Below are positions 31,259 to 45,610 of a stretch of DNA of 64,000 nucleotides, piece by piece; positions within the stretch are counted from its first letter, which is position 1, and each line of letters opens with the position of its first letter. The notes beneath the pieces were generated by a model. That model saw nothing but the letters and a program-made list of their open reading frames with translations, was not told the origin of the DNA and did not search any database. Source of the stretch: Dictyostelium discoideum (lineage: Eukaryota); contig CM000151.3 of NCBI GenBank assembly GCA_000004695.1, forward strand, positions 3,648,001-3,712,000, given 5' to 3'. The position numbers and the translations under genes are program-made.

Positions 31259-33101
31259 TTATTTTTGTTGAGGAGTTACAGTCCATAAACTTTCAGATTC
31301 TTGATTATTGAAATTACCTTCACCATCAACCCAATAACAAATTGATTGTAAAAAGTCAATAGTTTGATGTTTAGATTCTATACCATTATCAATACCATGA
31401 ATACCTGTTTCAACATGCATAGTAATGAATTCACCAGAGTTTTGAGCGAAATATTTTGTAAAAGGTTCAGTTTTATCAGCAGTGATTGCACAAGCTGGAT
31501 CAAAAGGTACCCAACCACAACCATCAACATAAAATTCACCAACAACATGGACCTTTTGTTTATCGGCAGTACCTGATAAAGCCCATCTACCAATTAGTAT
31601 ACGAGTTGGTATACCATGCATTCTAAGAATTGAAGAGTAGAGAATTGAGAAACCACCACAATCAGACTTTTTAGCATTGATAGTATCGGTTGCCTTACGA
31701 CCACTTAATACATCTTTTGCTAAAACATAATCAAAATGTAATTTAATGAATAGGAAAACCCTATATGCATAGCATAACACTGATTCAACGGTACCATCAG
31801 TCAATAGCATTGGATGCAATTGATTATCCCTAATCCATTGTTGAAATTGTGGTTGATTATAATTGATGAAATTGGTGGTTTGTAAATAGTATGCTCTCTC
31901 TTGTGGATTCAATGGTTGAACCATTGGCATAAATTGACCGGGTACAATCTTTTTCAAAGAGATACTGTAAAGGTCGGCTTCTATATCGTAATGAGCATGG
32001 ATCTTATGTTGTTTTGCAATGCCCTTTACCATTGCTCTCATAACATAATGACTACCTGCTTGAATTAATTGACCTTTACTAATTTCATTATTACCAGTAT
32101 TATCATAAATGGTTAAAGATGCTTTCTTTATCATTTGAGTTTGTAATGGTGATGGTGGTGCACATGCAATTACACTCCATTTCTTTACTTGTAAATTTGG
32201 TAATCTTACCATAAATTTCAATTTTGCATCAACTGTTTTTGTAAATTTTTGTTCAACATAAAATTGTTCACCCCATACTAAATAATAATAATAATAATAA
32301 TAACAAAGAATTATAATTTAATAATTTATTTTCATTATTATATATTTATATTAATTTTACTTACATTCTCTATGTTTAGCAAAATCGGTTAATAATTTAA
32401 TTGATGGGTGAGCAGAGGGTACAATTGTTGGTTTATTATCATTTGATGAAGGTGGTGCGGATGGTTTTGAAGAGGAAGAAGAGGAGGAGGTGGAGGTGGT
32501 GGTGGTATCAGGTGATGAATGAGATACTGTTGTTGTACTTTCACTAATTGGTATGATATCCCATTGACCCCATTCACCGGTACCAGCATTACCAATTAAA
32601 CCACCTTGTGGATCAACACCTAAATGTGGACCAAATTTACCAGTTCTATTCTTTTTTGAAGCATGAAAAACTGATTGAATACATACTCTACCATTTGGTT
32701 GCCAATCGAAAATGAATAAACCATTACCATTTGGGTCAGCATTGGTAATCATATTTAATCCATCATCAATACCTAAACAATAGTTACCATCTTTTGATAT
32801 AATATTAAAACTTGATTGAACACTCTTTAATACCCAAATGGTTTTATCACTTTTATTACCACCATTTGAAATTACTTTTTTTTTTTTTTTTTTTTTCATT
32901 ATTATTAGAAATAAAATAATTAATTTTTATTTTTTTTATTTCTTTTATTTTTTTTTTAATTTTTTTTATTTTTTTTTTTTATTTATACATACAACCGTCA
33001 TCGTAAACACCTAAAAACCAACCATCTGTGCCATCTTTATTTTTTAATGCTTTTTTACTTCTTAAACGAAAGTTTAAATCATCTTTTAATTGAACTGACA
33101 T
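31259..33101 (-). CDS. Transglutaminase-like (TGc, Cys-His-Asp core) domain protein with an N-terminal beta-trefoil/fascin-like domain, about 545 aa. Three exons: 32993..33101, 32365..32874, 31259..32277.
   Basis: The C-terminal DCGGFSILYSSILRMHGIPTRILIGRWA...HVVGEFYVDGCGWVPFDP is a transglutaminase-like core (CGG...H...D). The N-terminal DGWFLGVYDDG, ISKDGNYCLGIDDG, and LFIFDWQPNGRVCIQSV (QxW-like triplication) suggest a beta-trefoil. Donors are GTATGT and GTAAGT; acceptors are AAAAAG and TTATTTAG. Confidence 0.55.
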
Positions 33102-33126
33102 TTTTTATAGAAATTAAGAATAATAA

Positions 33127-33157
<31 letters not shown>

Positions 33158-33739
33158 AACAATAATAATAATAATACAAATAAATAAATGAATAAATTAA
33201 TGAAAAAAAAAAAATAAAAAGTAAAAAACTTCCTACAAAAAGTTTTTTTTTTTTTTTTTCAGGATATTTTTTTTTCAAATTAATGAGTTTTTATTTTAAT
33301 TTTATTTTATTTTATTTTTTTTTTATTTTCATACCAGGGGCACCTTTTTTGGTTATAGGTGTTTGTGATTGGGTTTAAAAATATCTTTTTTTTTTTTATA
33401 AATACTCTTTTTTTTTTTTTATTTTTAAATACTCTTTTTATTTTCTTTCTTTTATTTTTTTTTATTTTATTTTTATTTTTATTTTATTTTTATTTTATTT
33501 TATTTTATTTTATTTTATTTTATTTTATTTTATTTTATTTTGTTTTCCACAATGAAAGATTTTTTCATCATTTTTTAATAAAAAAAAAAAAATTGTTATT
33601 ATTATTATTTTTTAATATATTTTTTAATATAATTGTTTAAATTGAAAATTTATTTTTATTTTTTATAAATAAAATAAAATCAAAAATTATTTAAATATTT
33701 AAAAAAAGTTTATTATTATTTATTTTAAATTATTTTATT

Positions 33740-35518
33740 TTATTTTTTTGACTTTTTGGAAATAAAATCAAACATAAAACTTTCTAAATCTTTAGATTCA
33801 ATTTGTTTTGGAACTTTAATTGAGGTTGGATCAAAAGATGGATTTAATTTTTGATGTTGAGATAAAATTGAAGAAACGAAATGAGGTATTAACTTAATGG
33901 TTTCATCGGATAAAGACAAATCTTTATTATGTACATAATCATCAGCGACCAATATACCTTCTTTTAGATGTTTTAAAATAGTTTCATAGAAAGCAAAATT
34001 ATTTTTATGTTCATCTAGAGATCTTAATTGACTGGCCCCATGAGTGGTTTGAATACATTGATTCATTACCCATTCGAAAGAGTTTATTAATAATGTATGA
34101 TATCTTCTTTCGATTTTAAAAGGAGGAGTTTTATTAATTTCTTGAAGATTTCTAAACACTGTTGAATATAGTAATACCGTCAACTCCATATTATTATGGT
34201 TATGACCGTAATCTATAAATGCTTGGAATAATCTTTGATTGACATATTTACGAATATTCTCATTCTTTCTGAGTATTGAATTGACCACATAAGATTTGTT
34301 TGATAAATGTAAACGATAGAATAATTGTTCATAGAAAATGGTTTTATATCTGTTTGGGAAATGTCTTTCATAAGATGTCCAAAGTTTCACAGGTGAGCCT
34401 TGCTCCAATGGAAAGGAGAGTGAAACTGCACGCATTATTGAAGCAATTGCACTATAACTATAGTTATCAAGATCTCTTCTCACCAAATTATCATTTAATC
34501 TAATAATTACATCACTCAACATTTCAGGACCCAAATCAGCTACTTCATTCATTAAAATTGCAGTTGTTTGAGACATCATTGCACTATATCTTTTACTAAA
34601 TTGCATATAATATTCTTGAGTATCATTTTCATAATCATCTTCAGTAAAATTAAAATCTTCTATATCAATATCATTATCATTTTCATTATCATTATCATTA
34701 TTTTCATATTCTTTAATCATTTGTTTTTTAATTAACTTTCTTAATTGTTCAAGTTTATTTTCAAAATGGTTATATATCTTTACAACTAAACCTATATTAC
34801 CAATTTTGGAATTTTCATGAATTAATGATTTACTAATTCTTGCTAAATTGGTTGGTTCAATATCAATATTTGTTGATAACATTAGATTACAAAATGGTAT
34901 GAAAATGTCCATTCTCTTTGCTTTAATGAAAATTTCCAACATTGTATTGTATAGTGTATCGGGTATACTTAATGGTGATTCTTGTTTAAGTAATCTAAAT
35001 GCTTCATCTGGATTCGAATTTAATAAATCATTATAGAATTGACAATTGAATACTAATATCCTAATGAATGGTGGTGACATTTCAATTAATTCACTATACA
35101 AGCCAACATCTAATTTCCAAAGTTTATAATAACTTGATATCAATAATTTACTTTGTGGTAAAATATTATTATTTAAATAATTCTTTAACATTGAAAATAT
35201 CTTTTCTTTATTATCTTCTGAAATTGCAAATGTTAATGACTCTTCCTCCTCTGATAAATTGGATTTATTAATATTAAATGTTTTCTTTTTAAATTCAAAA
35301 CCAATACCATTCTTTTCATTTTCAATTTCTTTTAATTTCATATTTAATAAACTTTGTAAATGTAAATTAGTTTCATTAATTGTTGATATTTTATTTGATT
35401 CATAAACATTCTTTGTAATTTGTTTAATTATTTGATTATTATTATTATTATTATTATTAATGTTTCCATCATTTTTAATAATATTATTATTATTTATTTC
35501 TAAATTTTCTAAAGGTAC

Positions 35519-35550
<32 letters not shown>

Positions 35551-37607
35551 CTTCTTCTTGTTCTAATATTGTTGTTGATTTCTTTTTATTATCTTGATAT
35601 AATTTATTATTATTATCTTTAATAAAATGTTGTTGTTTAAACATTTCTTGTTCTTTTAAAAATTGATCAATGATTGATTTCATTTGATTTGCAGTTATTT
35701 CATCAGATTCATTTTGAGTTGGTTTAATTGTAAATTTAGTTGGATAATATCTATGTTGTCTTTTGTAATGTGAATATACCATTTCATCATTTGTATTATT
35801 TAAAAATGATAATATAATTGATTTATTTAAACCTAAACCATACTTTTCAAATCTTGTAATATACCATAACATTGCTAAATCGAAATTATCCAATTGAATG
35901 AAACTTCTAATAACTTGGGATGTAACTTCATCGATATATTTAGTTGGTTGTTTTTCAAATATATTCACTAATGCTTGAAATTGACTGGCACTACCAAAGC
36001 TTTGATTATAAAATAATAATGTCGACATAATATTACCTTGACTTGGATCTAAATTAACAATATGTTTTAAAATTTTATTTAAATTTTCAATTTCATTTTC
36101 ATTACCAAAATATAACTCTTCATTATGGTTATTAACTTTATTTTTTTCAATTCCTTCAAAATAACATTGTAAAATATATTGATAATGACATGAATTTAAA
36201 CCATGACCTTTTTCACCAATTTCTGTTAATACTCTAATAATACCTCGAATATCATTATTTAAAACTAATTGTTTAACTAATGAAATGTAAAAATTAGGTT
36301 TTGTTATGATTTTTGAGAAATTCTCTAATACATTGATTACCCATTGTGGATTATTCTCTAAATATAATAATAAGATTGAAGCAATTAAATCTTCATAGAT
36401 GATTTGATCGGTATATAATTTCTTTAACAATTTTTGAACCTTTTCAAATGGGAGATTTGATAAAATCCTTAAGAATGGACCAGATTTAAAAAGATCTTTT
36501 GATAAATATTGAAGTTCTGAATTTGCCAATTTATATACTTTACTACTATAGTCAACACCATCTGGACTACTTTGATAATATTTCATTAATTTAAAAAATG
36601 CATCAGGATGTGGTTTAATCAAATCGAAATAATATTCTGCTGTTGAGATTTCACCTAAACTTAAATATGCTGAAAATAAATCATAATATATTGATACATG
36701 TGATTTTGGTTTTGCTACTAATACTGACGATACTGATGGTGATGTTGATGATACTGATGGTGATGTTGATGACTCTGATGATACTGATGGTGATGGTGAT
36801 GATGGTGATGATTGTGATGATGGTGATGGAGATGTTAAATTTTCATTATGTTCAAGTGAATTTATATAAAGTTTTGCAATTTCTTCAGTGATTGCTTCAT
36901 TCCTATTTAAAGAATTAATTATTGATTTTAAATTTGGTATCATTTCTGATACTGTAAAATATCTAATTAATATTATATAGGTTTCTAAATTCATTTTTGT
37001 ATTTGAATTTTGACAAGCTTGTAAAACTTTTTGAATATTTAATAAATTATTTACTTCAATAAATTTTTTTAAAAATAAATTCATTAAATCTATATTTGTA
37101 AAATATCTATTATTTAATGACCATTGGAATAAAATTTCAACATCTTGGTCATTAAATTTATTTTGTTTAAAATATTTTGATAATCTATTTTAAATTATTT
37201 CGTATATTAATTATTAATAAAAATTCATTTATTTATCTTTTACTGTGTGTGTGTGTGTTTTTTATAATAACTTACAATTCAATAGCAAGTTTAATATTAT
37301 TTTTAAATAGTTCTTTAATATTCATTAATAAAATTGATTTTTGAAAATCACGATTATTATTATTATTATTATTTATGACCATTTTACTATTATTATTATT
37401 ATTATTATTACTAATATTATTTTTATTATTGTTGATATTATTATTATTATTGTTGATATTATTATTATTATTATTAATTATGTTTTTAGTGTTATTGTTT
37501 TGACTATTTATAGTTGTACTGTAGGCCCTAAATAATTTAATTATATTATTTTTTCGATATGGTTGGATTGCACCATGTTTTGATAGTTTAAGAATTAAAC
37601 TATTCAT
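33740..37607 (-). CDS. Large helical-repeat protein of about 1258 aa with a basic N-terminal presequence, probably mitochondrial. It may be PPR/TPR-like. Two exons: 37276..37607, 33740..37184.
   Basis: N-terminal MNSLILKLSKHGAIQPYRKNNIIKLFRAYSTT (amphipathic, Arg/Lys-rich) then polyN. Donor is GTAAGT and acceptor is AAAATAG. The body has a long 3.3 kb ORF with recurring 35-40 aa helical hairpin periodicity (YYDLFSAYLSLGEISTAEYYFDLIKPH...). The function is not established from sequence. Confidence 0.4.
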
Positions 37608-37675
37608 TGTAATGCTAATTACTTGGGTGAAAATGAAAAAAAAAAAAGAAAAAGTAATAACGCCAAATTTTTCGT

Positions 37676-37739
<64 letters not shown>

Positions 37740-37901
37740 AAAATAATTTTTGTCAAAATTCGTTTTTTTTAAATTTACAAAAACACTAAAATCTGATTTT
37801 ATTTTTTTTTTAAAACAATGACTTGATTTTATTTATTTTTAATATGAATTTGGTATATAAAAATAAAGAACTCGAAAAAACAAAATGATATAGAATATCG
37901 G

Positions 37902-37932
<31 letters not shown>

Positions 37933-38524
37933 TTGGCCACCACATGGTTTGATTGGTTTTTTTTAATGTCAAATTTGGATAATCGAAAAAAATAATAAAA
38001 AAGGTAAAAAACCATTTAATTTAAATTTTTTATTGTGTTACTCATTTATCTATTTTAAAAAAACAATAAAATGAAAATAAGAAATTTTATAAAAAAAATA
38101 TAATAAAATATTAAAAAAAAAAAAAAAAGAAAAAGTCAGGTAGAGTATTTTTTTTTATATAATAAATAAAATTTTTTTTATTTTAAAATAATCAGATTGA
38201 ATTAAGGCGTTATATATATGTATATATATATTGTAGGGGTTACAGATAATAACCTTGTTTTCATTTTTTGCACCGATCAGTTACAGAAAAAAAAAAATTA
38301 CAGATCAATATTTCAATCACCCACTTTTTTTTTTTTTTTTTCTTTAACTGACTTGTGCAAAAAATTTAGTGTTGATTTTCTTTGATATTTTTCAAATCGG
38401 TTTTTTTTTATATTTTTAGAATTTTAAATAAAAGAAATCAAAAATGTTTTTTTTTTTTTTTTTTATTTTTTTTATTTGGATATTATTTTTCATTCATACA
38501 AAACAAATAAAGGAAAAAAAAAGA

Positions 38525-39023
38525 ATGAAATTTTTATTAATAATTTTTATTTTAGAATTATTTTTTGTTTCAAATTATGGTTTCAAAATGGTTAGCACCC
38601 TAATTGATAATGTTGCCAAAAATAATTATTATCAATGTTATAATCAACCTCTGTCAAGTGATGATATTTGTAAACCTGGAGCATACATTTGTGAATTAAT
38701 GGAAGATTCAGAAGATACCTATATTATTACAGGTGTTGATTTTTCTCAACCAGGTAATCCAATGTCAGGAACTTGGTGTTACTTTGAAAATTTTGCAATT
38801 TTCACCAACTTAACATCAATATATGTGGGTGATGAAAATGGAAAAATTAGTAAGTTATTGTTTTTTTTTTTTTAATAATGTTTAAAAAAAATTAATTATT
38901 AATTTTTTTTTTTTTTTTTTAATTTTTATTAAAAATAAATAGGAGGAAATGGTGAAGCTATTAAAAATATTGGTACTTTAAAATATCTTAAGAAAGTGTA
39001 TGTATTTTTTTTTTTTATAAACC

Positions 39024-39055
<32 letters not shown>

Positions 39056-40878
39056 TAAAAATTGGACTAATATTTATTTTTTTTATTTTTATTTTTTTTT
39101 TTTTATTATAAATAAAAGATTTTATAAATATTTTGATGAAATGAATAGTGCAATTACATTTCAAGATACATTGGAGGAATTTTTTATAGGTACAGTATCA
39201 GTTAATGTACCATCATCAATGTTTGAATCAAAATTAAAAACTTTAATAATTGAAAATGCACTTGGTTTTTCAAAATTATCAATTCCAAATCTTAGTTTAA
39301 CAACTTTAAAAATTGGTGTAAATCCTCAAAGTTTCACTCAAGAGATTTCAGAAACTTTTTCAAAAATATTGGTAAATTTAGAAAATTATGAAATTTCCTA
39401 TACCACAAACGGTACAGTTTCATCACCAGTAGCACCAGTTTTAAATTATTTCAATTATTTAAAAACTTTAACAATTAATGGATATTCACAAGAGACTAAT
39501 TGGGAATTTCTATTATTGGATAATGATTTATCAAATTCACTTGAATCATTAACACTTACAAATTCAATTTTTAAATTTACAAATGGTTATGATTTTTCAA
39601 ATTATTTATCAGGTTTTAAATTGTAATTAACATGTAATTAATTTAAAAAAAAAAAAAAAAAAACTAAAAATATATATACTAACAAAATTTTAATATATAT
39701 ATATATATATATATAGAATTGTAAATGGATATGAATCATCATTTTCAACATGTAGTAAATGTATGAAATTTCCAATTAATTCAATAATTGAAAGTGATGG
39801 TAATTTAGAAATTGATTCAATTGATTTTACAAATGTTTTAAGTTTTTCATCAACAAATAATGAAATTTATCAAGGATTACCAGAGTTGGAAGATATATCA
39901 ACAAATTATAAAACATTAGAGAGTTTCTATATAACTGATAGTTCAATTTATGGATCAATTCCAGAATCATATTGTCAACTTCCAAAAGATTTTTCATTAA
40001 GTAATAATGAATTATCCTATTTACCAAATTGTTTCAAATGTGATCTTGAACTCAATTCAAAAATTCTTCCAAATGGTTTTTATTTTAGTTCAAGAGATTG
40101 TTCAGATTATAATTTAAATCAAATCACTCAATCAAATACAACATTTTCAACAAAAACTGGTGGAAATTTACAATTTAATGGTACAAATTTAGGTTGGGAG
40201 TATAGTTTTGGAGATTCTGAAAGTCACTCATTGGAAATACCAAATAAAGAATTCACAATTACAATTCCAAAAGGTGTTGGTAAAAATATTAAAAAACAAT
40301 TAACTTTAAATAATCACATTAATGAAACCATAACCTATAGTTATAATGCACCAACAATTACATCATATGATGTTATTGAGATTAATGGTGACTCTGTATT
40401 AATTATCTATGGTTCCGATTTTGATTATGATAATGTAAATCTTGCAATCTTTACTGAAAAAGAAAGTTCAAACAAATCATTAAAATTTTATTTCGAAAAT
40501 CAACAAGATAAAAATAACTACATCACTTCAACAATTGCCAATGTCTATTCAAATCTTGTAAGTGATAAAATTTATCAATTATATTTCACTGTTGGTGAAC
40601 AACAATCAAATACAATTGAAATTTCAATAACAAAACCTACCTCTTCTAGTAATGATAGTAGTTCAGATGTTAGTAGCAATAGTTCTAAGAATAGAGATTC
40701 CAGTGATAGTGATAGTGATAGTGATAGTGATAGTGATAGTGATAGTGACAGTGATAGTGATAGTGATAGTGATAGTGATAGCGATAGTGATAGTTCAGAG
40801 AAACCATCATCATCTTCAAAATTAAGTTTATTTATAAGCATTAATACTTTTATCTTTATGATCATTTTATTATTATAA
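38525..40878 (+). CDS. Secreted cell-surface protein with an N-terminal signal peptide, Cys-containing N domain, an (SD)n dipeptide repeat of about 35 units and a C-terminal hydrophobic tail (probable GPI anchor), about 700 aa. Exons: 38525..38849, 38943..38997, 39119..39622, 39716..40878.
   Basis: MKFLLIIFILELFFVSNYG (signal peptide); ...NRDSSDSDSDSDSDSDSDSD...SSEKPSSSSKLSLFISINTFIFMIILLL* (omega site plus hydrophobic tail). Donors are GTAAGT, GTATGT and GTAATT. The exon 3/4 junction has a phase mismatch in my model (GTAATT gives phase 2, but the only AG needs phase 1), so one boundary is wrong or a weak GTTTTA donor at 39613 is used. Confidence 0.5.
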
Positions 40879-41061
40879 TTTAATAAAAAAATGGATTTTA
40901 AACAGTTAAAAAAAAAAATTTTGATCGATTATAAACAAATAATACATTTAACTAAATAATTTGTTTCTTCAAATTTCTTTTTATTTTTTTTTTATTTTTT
41001 TTTTTTTATTTTTTATTTGTTTTTTTTTTTTTTAATCAAATTTTTAATATTATAATTTTTA

Positions 41062-41098
<37 letters not shown>

Positions 41099-41681
41099 TT
41101 AATTTTGTTTTTATTACAAAATAAAGTATTTTTCTTTTTTTTTTTACAACCATTTTCAATTCTTTTAAAATTATATATTCGACTTTTTAAAGACAAAAAA
41201 CCATTTAAAAGTGAAGATCCATTATTGAATAATGAAGATCCATTATTCAATACAGAGGATCCAATAATTTTAATTATTTGGCAAGAGGAAGTGTTTTGTA
41301 AGTAAATAATTATAAAAATAAATTATGTATTACAAATTAATAACTTTTATTAAGACCAAACAATTATAAATTCTTTTTAGGGCAATTTTTTAAATCATTT
41401 AAAGACAGATAAGTTAGAGAAATAACAATTGATTTGTTATGTATTTGTAGTCTTTGAAGTTTTGAATCAATTTATGGATAATGAAGGTCTGGATAATTTG
41501 CAACGCCACGTCCAAAATGGTGGGATCATTTTCTCTTACCAAGTTTATAGAAATATAAATTCAATACGAGAAGGTGAATAGTATACTCAAGTTGATGTCC
41601 ACTATGAAAATTTAAATAATAGAAATAAAAATAATAAAAACAATATTTTAAAATAAATCTTGGTAACCAAAACTAAAAATT

Positions 41682-41720
<39 letters not shown>

Positions 41721-41755
41721 CTATAAAAAACACTCGTATTTAATACGACACAAGA

Positions 41756-41850
41756 AATTTAAACAAGCACCCCAAGTTAAATTAATATGTGAGGATTTTT
41801 TTTTTTTTTTTTTTACATATTAATTTAACTTGGGGTGCTTGTTTGAATTT
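41756..41850. repeat. Perfect 30-bp inverted repeat (AAACAAGCACCCCAAGTTAAATTAATATGT and ACATATTAATTTAACTTGGGGTGCTTGTTT) separated by a 24-nt GAGGA(T)19 spacer. It would form a hairpin as RNA or a cruciform as DNA.
   Basis: Read directly from the sequence. It lies in intergenic DNA between the SD-repeat gene and the second fsl gene. A smaller palindrome, cgtatttaatacg, lies just upstream at 41734-41746. Confidence 0.85.
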
Positions 41851-42006
41851 TTTGTCCCTTTGTATTGAAAAAATAATAATAATCATTAGTGATGTTAAAC
41901 ACAACTAATGATTTTTTTTTTTAATATTAAAGAATTTCTTGGTTTTATTTTTTTTTTTTTTTAATCATATTTTTTTTATTCATATTTTAATTTTTTTATT
42001 GATTTG

Positions 42007-42040
<34 letters not shown>

Positions 42041-42458
42041 ATAAAAATTAAAATATGAATAAAAAAAATATGATTAAAAAAATAAAAATAAAAATATGAA
42101 AATAATATTTTTTATGATATTATTCACATTTTTTGTATTTTTTTTTTTTTTTTTTTTAATCATACCAATAAAAAAAAGCAAAGAATTATAATTCTAAAAA
42201 CCTTTTCAAATAATTTGGATATTTTTAAGAGTAAAATATGATATTTTAGAATCAATTACGCAATATTTTATTTTTTTTGATTTTTTTTTTTTTTTTTTTT
42301 TCATTATGTCAACAGTTTGTAGATTTCTAGAGATATTTATATTTTTTAAAAAATAAAAAATCTAAAAAATCTTTTTTTTTAAAAAAAATAATTTCACCAA
42401 TTAAAAACAATAAAAAATTATAAAATTTTATAATTTGTGTAAATTTCAAAATAAAAAA

Positions 42459-44641
<2,183 letters not shown>

Positions 44642-44760
44642 TAATAATAATAATAAAAAAAAAAAAGAAAAAAAAAAAAAAAAAAAAAATTTTGTTAAAT
44701 TAAATTATCAAAGAATTTTAATTTTAAAATATAGTGTTGTTATTATTATTATTATTATTA

Positions 44761-44832
<72 letters not shown>

Positions 44833-45063
44833 TATTATTATTATTATTTTAATTGATTAATAAGTGTTTATCCATTTTTAATTAGTTTTATTTATGAAGT
44901 TTAATTTTAAAATGTAGTATTATTTATTTATTTATTTTTTTTTTTTTATATGCAGTTTTAAATATGTTGGTATTTAAAATTAAAATTGTAATTAATTATA
45001 TGAATTGGTCAAAGGATATTATATTTGGAAGCACTGATTCTGGTAACTTAAGTTTACATGTTG

Positions 45064-45111
<48 letters not shown>

Positions 45112-45162
45112 ATAATAATAATTATAATAATGCATGTGAGTTTTAAAATGGTCTCTATTATT

Positions 45163-45345
45163 CCACTAATTTTTATATTGTGGTGCCTTTATACTATTAC
45201 AACACCGTTATTCCTCTGTTAGAGGTGCCATTGTTTTACATTTTATATTACCAGAGGAATAATAGTGTTGTTATATAAAATATAAAACAATGACACCTCT
45301 AACAGAGGAATAACGGAGAGTAATATAAAATATAAAGAGTTTCTA
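45163..45345. repeat. Compound inverted-repeat element. Two 44-bp arms (CCGTTATTCCTCTGTTAGAGGTGCCATTGTTTTACATTTTATAT and its reverse complement with 2 mismatches) flank a 26-bp spacer that itself contains a third partial copy (CAGAGGAATAAT).
   Basis: Read directly from the sequence at 45215-45326. It is notably less AT-rich than its surroundings and lies between the second fsl gene and the TFIP11 gene. It could be MITE-like, the terminal inverted repeat of a DNA transposon, or a structured ncRNA. Confidence 0.75.
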
Positions 45346-45450
45346 TTTTATTATAATTTATCTATATATTATATTCAATCTTTTAAGAAAAGCGCACTTA
45401 TGGGAAAAGAATAAAAAAATACGAAACTAGGACCGTTACCAAAAAAAAAA

Positions 45451-45484
<34 letters not shown>

Positions 45485-45610
45485 AAATATTTTATGTTTT
45501 TTTTATTACATAATACTATTTTTTTTTTTAATTAAAGAATTTTTTTGTTTTCATTTTTTTTTTTTTTTTTTTTTGTTTTCAAAAATTCAACAATCGAGAA
45601 ATATCAAACG

